A stretch of DNA of 64,000 nt, taken from the NCBI GenBank assembly GCA_051362555.1, contig CM120640.1, forward strand, positions 2,356,001 to 2,420,000. Reading direction: 5' to 3'. Shown here in pieces: positions 1 through 11,238 of this stretch. The DNA is from Lingula anatina (Eukaryota > Animalia > Brachiopoda). Numbering within the stretch: position 1 is the stretch's first letter; each line of letters opens with the position of its first letter. The notes under the pieces are model-generated. The model saw only the letters and a list, made by a program, of their open reading frames with translations. It had not been told where the DNA came from and searched no databases. The translations under genes were made by a program, and so were the position numbers.

Positions 1-129
1 TAAAGAGACATCGGTGACGCAGGTCATATGGAATATTTATGTGAAGATAGTAAATCTACATGGATTTTCTGACACTTATTGGAAATGCAGCGCTGCTATT
101 TCCATAATATACCTTTAGATTATACTCAC

Positions 130-897
130 TATTTCATGTCTTAACCACTTAATAGCCGTGTCGAGATCCCTGCCTCTTGATACGAAATCATCTGGATTGC
201 CAGAATAATCTGAAACCGCATTTTTCTCCGTATCTGTGGCTTTGTCTTTAAATATATTGAACCTCGGTGGCAGGGTGATACTGGGACTCTCCGCAGGGGG
301 TCCGCTGTTACCGATAAAATTCTGCATTTCGTCTGAATTGAACCTCACCAATCTCGGTGATAGATGATGAAAATCGCCGTACTTATTAGGTGTGCTTTTG
401 AAATGTTTCTCACAGTTGGCGCTTGTTACTGATAAGTCACAATCTGTTGCTGAATTATTACACGGCGAACTACCTGTTGATCCAGCTGTCTCCACACTAC
501 TTGTGTTGCTGAGGCGAGCTATACTCCTGTTACTAACCGCGCCGTCGCTGGCATCAAAGTCAGAAAATTTCCGACTGCTTGAAAAGTCATTATTAGATTT
601 TTCTGTGAGAAGTCTATCCTCGTCTACTGTTTCAAGGTATCCGTGGCCTTTAAACGAGATATAGTGGTGTCCTTCAAAGCATTTGTGTTCCACCAGGTTG
701 TTGTTATTTTTAGACAGATGGGAGTCGAGGTTGTCCGGGTGGAGGTGAGGGGTTCCGTTAGTTTCCCAGTGATCTGCCGAGTCTCCGGGAAGTTTTCCGT
801 GGAATCCCGACTCCGAGTTCTCCACACACAAACCGTTGACTCTGATAGAGGGAGATGCTAGGGGCCACTTGACGTGCTCCCCGCTTTCATAGCTCAT
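130..897 (-). CDS. FAM167-family protein, first coding exon (gene continues beyond the left edge)
   Basis: 256 codons from ATG at 897 (MSYESGEH...). Ser-rich low-complexity body ends DLDTAIKWLRHEI, resembling the FAM167 motif 'AIxWLRxEL'. A phase-0 donor ATA|gtgagt follows at 129. Confidence 0.7.
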
Positions 898-1157
898 ATT
901 ATCAGTCACCCAACAGGACCACTTCAAAGGCGGCTGGATTTGTTTTCCTCGTGTCCTCGATAAAACCCCGCAGTGCTATGTCGGACCCCAGCATAAAACG
1001 TTGTCAAAGATAAAGAAAATACCGTTTTATTTTTGTCAGTTTTCTTCTCAACCCACCTGCTGCGCAGGACACACGAGGCTAAAGTGAGCGTGAATGTCAG
1101 CCTGATATCGTATACCTCCTTCCTTATTCAATGGGGCCTTCAGCGGTCATGCCTGCC

Positions 1158-1164
1158 TTTTATA
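1158..1164 (-). promoter_or_regulatory. TATA box of the FAM167-like gene
   Basis: GGTATAAAAGGC on the minus strand, about 260 nt upstream of the ATG at 897. Confidence 0.45.
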
Positions 1165-3293
1165 CCTGCGCTCCAAGTTCATGTTATTTTGTTATGATAA
1201 CTTTTCATCGTAAGTTCCTCGCGACTCTGTAGGTAAATACGTGATGTTTAACCACCCTTCGTTTTTCTATGTAACAAAATCATGCGTAGATAATAATGGT
1301 GTTCTTTATCAACACTAAGTTCAATCATCTATGTAATACCATGTTGTCAAACATCCCGATAGTCGTGTGAAATTCTCGTGACTATTTTCTGAAAAAATTG
1401 GTAAAGGAAAAGTCTTCGTTTCACGAAGGCAGACTATACAAACAGTACAGTAATCTCCGACCGCGAAAGCATGTAATGCTATAACTGTAGTAAAAGGTCA
1501 GTGCGAATCAAAAATGCTACTAAGCTCATAAGCAAATCTGCGTTACTAAAATTCTATTTGTTATGCGAATCACACGCACTGTCTACAGACGTGTCTTGCA
1601 ATAATACGACGTGATGGACAGCTCGTTAACGGGAAACACCGTGTTGCCTCAAGCAGTCTCCATCTTCATAGCTATGAAATATGATGATGAATTACTTTCA
1701 TGTTCAGATGTTTTTTGTCTGACAACGGCCATAGAAGAGAGAGACTGAGAATAGATAATGCACAAGGTCGCGAAATAAGAGCTCCTTTTTTCAACTTCTA
1801 AAGCAGATGTGACTCTTTAAAAGTCAAGCAACATGATATGAAGGGTTTCTACAGAGCATTACAAACTCAAATGTTAAAAATAAAATCCTGTTGTATATCT
1901 TTACAGGTGAATAGTTTATTTCATATAAATTAATGCTTATTCCGTTTCCACGAAAATCTTTAATAACGATCAGACAATTTTCAATAATAATAAGCTATGT
2001 TCTTTATGACCTTAATATATTCGGTTAGCAGTTCTTTGCTAGATTGTCATCTTGCCATGGCAACTTTATAATATCCTAGATCAACTCTGAAGGAACAAAA
2101 GATTATGAAATTTCACTTTATGGCTTTAAGGTTTAGCCCCCTCACAAAGTGTCGCGTTGGACCCGCGTTTTGTTTGGTATATTTGGATAACAGCACCCCA
2201 CAGCAGGTGTATATCGTGATTAAGTAAATAAATCTCATTTCTACCTACGACTCAGATATAAACAAAGATTCTGTAATTTGACGCCTTAACTTTAAAGGCA
2301 AAATGTGGGCGAGTAAACATCGATTAATTCCAGGTGACCTCTCTGTAACAATCCTCTAGAACAACCGTCAGCGAAAAAATAATGCGTAAGCACATCTAAC
2401 ACATTTTCTCTACAGAGCACTACCGTGAATGAAACCACGTGTACAACATCAGTAGAAGCAGGGTGGATTCCGAGGAAATCATGTTTCACAGGGAAGGCCT
2501 TGGCTTTTTATTATGCAAATGAGTGGTAAGCAATATGTTTCTATTGGCTCAAACTTCTTAATTTCCAAATCAAGGAGGCGCATTATATACATATTTCAAC
2601 AACAACGTACACACAAGAGATATCGTTCGCGATGATTTCTGTCACAATGCGAAGCTGAAGAAGCTTATTGATCCTCGTTAATGTAGTAAGTTTACATATG
2701 AAAAGGACTGTGCAAGGAATTAGAATTGTCTTATATCTACCCCTTTTTACTTTCCTTTTTTATATATCCTGTATTTTTGTGGATGTCCCATAGCACGTTT
2801 CGTACTTTTTAAGTAATGATATATTATCTTTTGTTCAAAAATTGTATTTTCACGCAACGTCAAATTCAAAGAATGTTTGAAAACCTTTGATCGACGAAAG
2901 CCAAATGAAGAAAAAACAGGGTTTATATCTGGTTAAGACACACTATTTAGATCCCGAAAAATTAATTTTCTCAACGGACTTGAATAGTGTATACTTGAAG
3001 ATAAAAGGAATATTGCTGAAACTTTCAGGAATAATAATCTTTTCCTATTTTAAGGTCTAACTCTGATTTTGTGAATAAAACTACTCCCAAAAGAAGCAAA
3101 TATGAACTCCTTGTAAAGTCAACCAATTGTTGAATCCAAATAAACAATGATTCTTTAGAACTGTCATAAGAGGATCACATTTATAGAAGCCTTAGAACTG
3201 TATAGATCACTAGTGAGCATACTACAGTATCGCTGCTGGTAACTGAAGCCAAGAGAGAGGCCAGAAGTGCAATGCACCATTACTTCAGAATCT

Positions 3294-3306
3294 GTTGCCA
3301 AGCAAC
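3294..3306. promoter_or_regulatory. RFX X-box-like motif GTTGCCAAGCAAC
   Basis: Matches GTNRCC-N(0-3)-RGYAAC. An identical copy lies at 4741-4753 and a near match CTTGCCATGGCAAC at 2051-2064. A reverse CCAAT lies near 3352. Confidence 0.4.
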
Positions 3307-3670
3307 AAACCCGATCACACGCATTGTGAACGCTGATGCTGCGCGTTTTTCATTGGTTCAAAAAGCGGATGCTTTTTAATATCGAATAATGTAAAATTGC
3401 AGACAATAATGAAAGATTGAAGCCTAACAGGCTATGTTTATCTTAATTCTTAGAATATCCTTCTCTCTGAATTAGCACCTTCGTCAATGCGAGAGAGGGT
3501 TTTATACGTGTGTCATAATAAGCCGTTCCTATTTTCGTGACACACCACGTATAATTACGCTACATTGTCTTCTTAATATTGTCTTCGGCTTGTTATTGGA
3601 ATCAACGGCTTCAAAAGCAGCTATATCAGTCTCGTAGGCTTACAGTAACCAAGTAGTGAAAGAGCAAGGC

Positions 3671-4036
3671 ATGGGCTGTAACGCCAGTAAAGACGCAATC
3701 CACGGAAAGAGGAACGTGTATAAAAATATGTCTCACTTGGACGTGAGGACCGATGAAGCGATTTCACCCAAATGCACCGTCTGCCCTTCTGCACTCATGG
3801 ATGACTCCGTCACAGATTCAATGGAAACGACGTCGTCGACATACATTCAGTCCGCGGTTCCCTCTGTTGTTGATCCCGAATCTTCGTGCGACGGCAGAAA
3901 CCAAGGCCTTCATCACAACAGGATCATAAAACATTCGCACAGAGATATTAACGAAACGCATAAAGAGTGTGAGAAGAAGAAAAAACAACCCGACATGGAA
4001 AAAAGATCCAGTTTAAAGGATCGATTGATTTATTAG
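3671..4036 (+). CDS. Orphan 121-aa hydrophilic protein with N-terminal MGCxxS myristoylation/palmitoylation motif
   Basis: Good Kozak context GGCATGG. Sequence MGCNASK..., Ser/Thr-rich middle, basic C-terminus, more GC-rich than its flanks. No family recognised. Confidence 0.45.
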   Translation: MGCNASKDAIHGKRNVYKNMSHLDVRTDEAISPKCTVCPSALMDDSVTDSMETTSSTYIQSAVPSVVDPESSCDGRNQGLHHNRIIKHSHRDINETHKECEKKKKQPDMEKRSSLKDRLIY

Positions 4037-4289
4037 CAATAAATGCCGACTTAGGTTGACATGCTCTTCATACTGTGTGCACCGTTACTTCTCAGTCTGG
4101 GTAACAGACATTTTCAGACGGCGAGTTTGCACTTTTTTAAAGCAAGGAATTCAATCCACGCCTTTGGTTAAAGTAGATTTGCTACGAGAATCAACCTCTA
4201 TCGAATTTAAAGATGTTCAATATATCTTGACCTTTTCTTGAAAAGAGAGAGAAGGAGAGAGATTGTATGCGGACGTTAAGAATCATGTG

Positions 4290-4585
4290 ACAGCAAGGCT
4301 TTTAACTAAAGCAGTTTATATGAAGAGAAATGGTTCGGATAAAGGAGAAAAAACTATAATTGCAAAGACATTTTTTTTTCAAATTCAAAGAACGAAAAAG
4401 ACAAACTAATCTCAGAATGTTGCACAGACCTGTGACAGATCACAGCAGGCCTTACGTCTAAAGCAGTTTATATGAAGACTAATGATACGGATGAGAGAGA
4501 GAAAAAAAAAAAACAATTGCAAAGAAAATAACTTTTTCAAAGAACGAAAAAGACAAATCAATCTTATAATGTTGCACAAACCTGG
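4290..4585. repeat. Diverged tandem duplication, about 150 bp x2
   Basis: ctaaagcagtttatatgaaga...ttcaaagaacgaaaaagacaaa...aatgttgcaca occurs twice. Confidence 0.75.
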
Positions 4586-6494
4586 GTGTTTGACGGATCA
4601 CGATATGAATTTTCTGGATGTATATCATTGCGATTTACAAAATCTTAAAATACTACAAAACTTCCTTGGTAAACCATAGAAAATTACACCCATATTCTCA
4701 GACCGGGTTTTCTTGCATTTTTTCGGGTTCTGCGGCCTTGGTTGCCAAGCAACAGTCTGAGAAGCAGGTGTCTAAATGAAATTAAAGACGTATGCATTGG
4801 TACGTCTCATACGCCTGTGAATGCTGAGTCTATATTTTATAATCATTGTGCAGGAAAATCTACTTGAAATGATAAATTTCTTATTGATTTTCTTATAATT
4901 CAATGATACGTCAGTCAACGTTTAATCATATTGTCGCAAGTAGATGGCAGAGACAAAGACATATGGTGCGTTACCTGCGCATATTCATTTTATTCAAATA
5001 TCGAATAATTGTTGTTGAATTATATTTTAATATAGAAATATTGATCGTGTCAGCCGTAATGGACTTTCAGTCAATTTTGAAAGGTTAGTTGAACACCAAA
5101 TCAAGTAAATAGTGCATATACGAAGGTTTTGGTTGCTTTAGTCATAGTTTTAGATGGATGACTTAATTTCTTTCTTTTCTTTTTCTAAGATTTCACAGAA
5201 TGCAAGACGTTAAAAAACACTGTGTTTAGTTTCTATAAGCTTATCAATCACCGACCACAATTTAGACTGCATACTGATATTGTATGTCCATGAATTATAT
5301 AATAATAATAATTATAATACTTAAAATAATACTTTATTGAGCACTTCAGTGTTAACAGATGCATTTTTACGGGCTCTCTACACGTTTTGCAGGCTCTCTA
5401 CATATATGTATAAACAAAATACATAGACATTAAATAAATAAGACACGAGGACTGGGAAATAAACTCATTATAATCCCTTCACACAGTTTTTCTGGCCTCC
5501 GTTTCAAAATTAAAATTAAAGTCCAAATACGGCGTCAGCTTTAAGACTGAGATGGTCTACTACTTGGACCCAATATACACCTGTAGACTGTAGTAGCTGT
5601 CGATTTACGAACTGTCGTTTGAAGAGGAGATATTCGCCCTCAGTTGTCACTTTGAGACGCTGATGAATCGAAAAATCAACTTGAACGACGCTTAAAGTGC
5701 AGGTATACATGTAGTTCATCACAAGGACACAGTGAGTAAGAAATCAAAATGGGATAAATATTAGTGCGAAATTGCGAATATAATTAAATATATATAATAT
5801 TTCATAGCACTCAATATAATCCAACTGTTGCGAGAGGAAGCAGGGTGACAAACCCAAGGAAGGCGATACATACTCTAATGTGCCAATATTAACCTGTGAG
5901 ATATAAAAAGTGGCATTATATCAGGAAGCGTTAATCACTCAATATTGCTTTGGAGGCACACAAATGAAAGCGTCAATCAAGGTATAACTGTCAAAGCATA
6001 AGATGACTTGTTGGCGAGAAAGGCGATAAATACTGAAACCGTGACTGTAACCATCTCCTCTGTATTCACGACATAAAATCAATATATCTTGTGGAAAGGT
6101 AATGCTTCCGACAATTTTTGCATGTGCTGTTGCTTTCAAAACTGAAATAATTGACCTCGAATTAAAATATTGTCGCAAAAATAATTGACCAATGAGAGCA
6201 ATCCTTCAGGAAAATAATTGGGCACAATTTGAATACATATCTAGTAAACCTACAAATGATGAGCATTTTTCTCCCCCCTCCCCCCTTATTCATAAATTGA
6301 ACTGAACACCCATTACAGCACTTGTGTCATTCCTAAATCTGCCATCTGTGATATTTTTCATTATTTTTCATTTCCATTTTTGGTTCATTTTTCAGAAAAT
6401 GTCTCACATTTGACCTCAGGTAACCTTTGACCTACTTTAATTGCTATATTGCTTAATAACAAATATACGTTTATTTTTTTAGTTTATCAATTAG

Positions 6495-6903
6495 AACTAG
6501 AAAAGCTCTCCGACAGCGCAGACCTCCGCCAAGGCAGCAAAGTCTCCACCCAATGCCGTTTCACCCCTAAATTTTCATTCTATAATGATTTAGTTTTTTA
6601 TTTTTGATTATGGATTATTGATTGATTATTGATCCGGATCACCACCAAAAACTAATCATCTGTTCCTTGGCCCACTTCTGACAGTTCCTGAAAATATCAT
6701 CAAAATCGGTGCATAACTTAGTTTTTTATTTTTGATTATTGATTGATTATTGATCCGGATCACCACCAAAAGCTAATCACTTCTAAATTAACCCATTTCT
6801 GACCTACCCTGAAAATTCCATCGAAATTCATCCAAAACTTTTTGAGTTATGTTGATGACAAACAAACAGGGGTGAAAACATAACCTCCTTGGCGGAGGTA
6901 ACA
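6495..6903. mobile_element. Non-autonomous Helentron/DINE-1-like element (HINE)
   Basis: Subterminal inverted repeat ACCTCCGCCAAGG (6522-6534) / CCTTGGCGGAGGT (6887-6899). Terminal hairpin ACCTCC-ttggc-GGAGGT. Short (ACAA)n microsatellite. Internal tandem duplication containing gatccggatcaccaccaaaa. Confidence 0.65.
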
Positions 6904-8072
6904 ATTGTTCAGCTAAATAAATGAGCATAATTTGTATCATAGTGCAGACATAAAAATACAGGCAACAATTTGCTACAATGTTAAAATGATTAGGATAGTG
7001 AGGTTATATAATAAAAGTGAACTTTTAATTAAAATTGTTTGGTCAAATTTCGAACAACCGATATCCTTTGTTGCCTTCTTTCTTGTTGTGAATGGGACTA
7101 TGAAAGTTTGTGGTACACTGGGATGGAGGATGGCATCAACACTCGCATGTCTTTGTCTGTCTCTATGTCTTGATTGCCATTTGTAGACTTTACTGACAAA
7201 AAAGGAACACAAAAGGCCCATTCTAGAGCATAATAATCTTGAGCAGTTTTAGACATGTTTTGCTGTTGCATTAAGCCAGTATCAATGTGATGACAAGAGC
7301 ATGACATGAAGCAGTAACTCGAACCACACTTATACATTTTCCATCACACTGCAATAACAGCAGAAATGTGGACTCATCTGACCTTTGTGGAAAAAGGCAC
7401 TTGGACTTGAAGATACAGTTCTGGGAACCTTAACAAGTTAATTAAGAAACGTTTCACTTTTATTTAGCACTTATAAATTTAAAGACCATGCATTTGTGAG
7501 ACTTGGAAATGACTTTTTAAATTTTTCCATATGAAAGAAGATCAAACTTCCTCCAATGAAATATACATAAAATATAAAATAAAATAAAAAACTGGCAAAA
7601 CTTTAGAAATAAAAATTTGACAAAAAGAGATAAATCAAAAATTCTCTTGGTTGTTCTCACATGGACCTGAGCTACAAACATTACATGTAATGACTGTTTA
7701 TGTGTTTTATTTTTTATCTTTGCAATTTTATTTAAAAGTATAAATTATAAAATAAGGGATAAAATTAATAAAATTAATCAAATTTTCTTTATAATCTTGA
7801 ATTTTAAAAGTTTTAGAGAGAAAGAAATTTTACCTGTTGCCTTCTTCATGTAAAAAAAGTTGCACAACATGGATTTGATATGGTATACTGGTACAGTAAT
7901 CAATTCATGGCAATGATATTAACAGGGTTAGGTAATCACACTCTTCCGTCTTCATTGAAATTAAGTTTTTCAAGGCACAGGTGACTCAAGGTAAAACATA
8001 TGATACAATGTTAAACAGTTAAAAAATCTTAAGATTTGATCAAACAGTTTAAAAGAGTTTCATATCACTGTG

Positions 8073-8260
8073 TCAGCTTGCAGTTATTTTTGGTTCCTCT
8101 TTCCTGGTGGGACTGGTATTGTCCAGAATATGAATGTCCCGTTTGGGATCAAATGTCACTTTCCTTTGTCTAAATAATAATTCTTCTTCACTGTACCATT
8201 TTTCAATGTCAAAGTCAGGGAAGAAGAAATGGATCTCTTTAGCAGCAGACTCCTCAGAAT
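8073..8260 (-). CDS. NME6: NME6 exon 6
   Basis: DSEESAAKEIHFFFPDFDIEKWY...ITAS*. Confidence 0.9.
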
Positions 8261-11238
8261 CTGAAACACATCAGACACACAGAATTACAATCATGTATTG
8301 TGATATTTTCTGGACGGCCTGACAACCTTGTGTAATCAATACTAATAATTTATGGTGTGCTTTAATACACAATTATCCTTATTATAAGAATCATGATATT
8401 TTCCAAGAAAGCTTAGCAATCTTTTTGTAATCAATGTTAATAATTCATGCTTTTCTTTAATAAACAATTAGCTTTATTCTAGTAAAATAACATATCACTC
8501 GTTTAAATCTGCATAAATTGATGACTTTGCTTCAATGTGACATCTGCAATTAATAAATCTATAACTATGTAAAAATGCATTCAATAACATGTAACTGACC
8601 ATATCAATAATTCCACATAATTGTCACACCAGTCAGACATAAGTGACAGTCAATCTAAAATTGACTTCTGTTTGTACTGGTGAGATGAAAACCAATTTAT
8701 GATATGATATTATATTACAAAGCTGCAGTATTCAATGATACTTATACCAAACATGGCATCACTGCATAGGGCTACTACTCTCTGACCACAGGGTGGACTA
8801 GTAGTCTGTTACAAAATTATTTTATCTCTGATACTTTAATTTTATATGCTATTTTAGAGTCTCCTGATATCAGAGAATAGCAAAGAGCCCAATAGAGGGT
8901 ACTGAAGGAGACTGGATTGTGATGTCATGTGATGTCAAGTGGTGCAAGACGTGAACCCAAGTGGCCATTTTTAGCTGGAGGTGAACGGGAGTGAAGATGT
9001 GAGCTCATAGAAAAATGCAGTTTTTCCAACAACAAAGTGAGATAACTTTTTTTCTTTCGATTTTTTGGGCAGAAAATACTTGTAGAAATAATAGGTACAT
9101 GATATGAAGACGTGTTACGATACCTGAGGGTGCAAAATCGTGCTCAATTTGCAGTCAATTTGTTTAGAAATATGTGCTGCATCGACCGACAGGGCGACAA
9201 AGAGTGTCAAGGGAAAAGAATTCTCGCGAGGCTCTAAATCGTTGTCATGTGGAATTGCATGTATGTAATCTGATATGCCCATATCTAATTATTTTTGGGT
9301 GATTTATGGTATGTGCTGCAATTATACCGATGTTTTAGAGTGCTTGAAGGACCTTGTGAAAACCAGGAAGTAGTTCACGACTGACAACTGAATCACACCG
9401 AACCACGATCGCTGTGTAATAGATATTGGGTGGGGTGGGGGTGGGGAAGACATCCGTCAAATACAGCCATGTCTCCAGGCAGAGAAATGCACTCTCAAAA
9501 TACTCATTTGTTTCACTTAGTCTTTGCCAATCTCTTACCAGAGCCATGTGTACAATTTCTGGTGTCAGAGAGTCCAAACTGGCCCCGGATGCTGTCTGGG
9601 TCCTCATACTGAGTCCTGAAAATGCACAAATAAAACTTTTACCTTATTTAATTCCATAATCTGAAATCATTGACTAGGGTAAGAATTCCTTTTAATTTAC
9701 AATCTTTCAAGATACATTTTTCTACCTTTTACAGATGTAAAATCAATTTCTCTTCCTCATGAATTTTATTTTTAAAATTGATAGATAACAATGTCACCTA
9801 GGGAATCAAAAGTATAGAACACAGAACTAGACTATCTGAATGAATCAACCAATTAATCAACAAAAGAACAGAGGAAAAGTAATGAAAAAACATACTGACC
9901 TAAAGACCTTTGTGGGTCCCATGAGCTTTCTCCAACAGCTTATTGCATCTTCCCTGGCTAGGATATGTGTACTGATTGGACCACTAAGGCAAAACAAAGT
10001 ATGTATATACAAATGTGGCATCTTCCCTGGCTAGGATATGTGTACTGATTGGACCACTAAGGCAAAACAAAGTATGTATATACAAATGTGGCATCTTCCC
10101 TGGCTAGGATATGTGTACTGATTGGACCACTAAGGTGAAACAAAGTATGTATATACAAATGTGGCATCTTCCCTGGCTAGGATATGTGTACTGATTGGAC
10201 CACTGAGGTGAAACAAAGTATGTATATACAAGTCTGTACATCAATTTTATAAAGTGTACAATGACAAGGCAAAGATGACAAAGGAAAATGTTCATGTTTG
10301 TATATCCCCATCTCTCTCTCTCCCCCCCTTTCTCTCTGTGTACGTGTTTTTTTTTTTTTTTTTGTGCATGAATGTCAATATATATTTCAAATAACAAGTC
10401 ACAATATGGGAGGGGGATATTAAATAATGTTTAGAGCATAAAAGCGTAAAGCGTAAAGGTGACTACAGCAAAATGCATATAAATATGTATGGCACTTGTA
10501 TTTAAAATATTCAATATTTGGCAAGATTACACAATTATTATAATTAATCTTACCTTGACATAAAAGTGACAAGCCTATTATGAAAAAATCGTCCTGAAAT
10601 TACCAAAAAAGTGACCTATATTAATACATAGTTAAACCATACTTTTCATAATGGTATTGTTTATTGCATGGTTTGTTACAGAAGATATACATTTCCTGGC
10701 CTATCAAATTAATAATTACTTAGCTCTTAAAATACAAATATCATTCTATACTCAAGTATTACCCTCACAAAACTCCTACCCTCGTGCTCTTTGTAGAACT
10801 GTTCTGCATCTGATCTTCTCCACCTCACCATGTTAGACTTCACAAAGAGGAAGTTGTTTGACAGGATTAGGTTTTTAATGTACTAAAAACAAATATACGA
10901 AAAGGATAATTTAATTTTTAAAAGTGTTTTGGTGAGATTGTTTAAACCGAATGTTTGCCAGAATGAAAAAAATTAACAAATTAGCTTAGGATCCTTATTG
11001 ATTCCTTATACTTATTAAAAAAGCAGAAGCACTGCTCAAATTACCATATTACGTAATTTAGGAAAAAATAATCAAAATCAGACTTATGAAGTTATGGGGG
11101 GGGGGGATACTGCAAAAGAGACGAGAGACGGGAGATTGTTTTGAATCAACATCCCCCTACCTTAATGACATGGGGCTGTGCAACCGCATCTGGTTTGATT
11201 ATGGCCAGTGTCAATTGAAGACGCGTTTTGGTAGTCAT
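8073..11238 (-). CDS. NME6: Nucleoside diphosphate kinase 6, 189 aa, 6 exons
   Basis: Exons 11238-11161, 10882-10780, 10593-10554, 9983-9900, 9615-9539, 8260-8073; all GT-AG and in frame (570 nt). Translation MTTKTRLQLTLAIIKPDAV...FYKEHEGRFFHNRLVTFMSSGP...LMGPTKVFR...DSIRGQFGLSDTRNCTHGSDSEESAAKEIHFFFPDF. The NDPK active-site motif NxxHGSD is present. Confidence 0.95.
9539..9615 (-). CDS. NME6: NME6 exon 5 (catalytic His)
   Basis: TQYEDPDSIRGQFGLSDTRNCTHGS. Confidence 0.92.
9900..9983 (-). CDS. NME6: NME6 exon 4
   Basis: GPISTHILAREDAISCWRKLMGPTKVFR. Confidence 0.9.
   Translation of the reverse strand, partial: WSNQYTYPSQGRCNKLLEKAHGTHKGL
9945..10231. repeat. 73-bp x4 tandem repeat spanning the NME6 intron 3/exon 4 junction
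   Basis: Unit gcatcttccctggctaggatatgtgtactgattggaccactaaggcaaaacaaagtatgtatatacaaatgtg starts at 9945, 10018, 10091 and 10164. Confidence 0.95.
10554..10593 (-). CDS. NME6: NME6 exon 3 (40 nt)
   Basis: GRFFHNRLVTFMS. Confidence 0.92.
10780..10882 (-). CDS. NME6: NME6 exon 2
   Basis: YIKNLILSNNFLFVKSNMVRWRRSDAEQFYKEHE. Confidence 0.92.
11161..11238 (-). CDS. NME6: NME6 exon 1
   Basis: MTTKTRLQLTLAIIKPDAVAQPHVIK followed by a gtagg donor. Confidence 0.92.

Noticed and set aside
392-861. Plus-strand ORFs overlapping the FAM167-like exon
   Set aside because: Antisense shadows of a coding exon
5516-5722. 68-aa ORF and a CTGATGA...GAAA hammerhead-like core near 5660
   Set aside because: No recognisable protein; no room for stem II and no flanking stems
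9335-9659. ORF-track proteins of 60-90 aa
   Set aside because: Wrong-frame or antisense overlaps of NME6 exon 5
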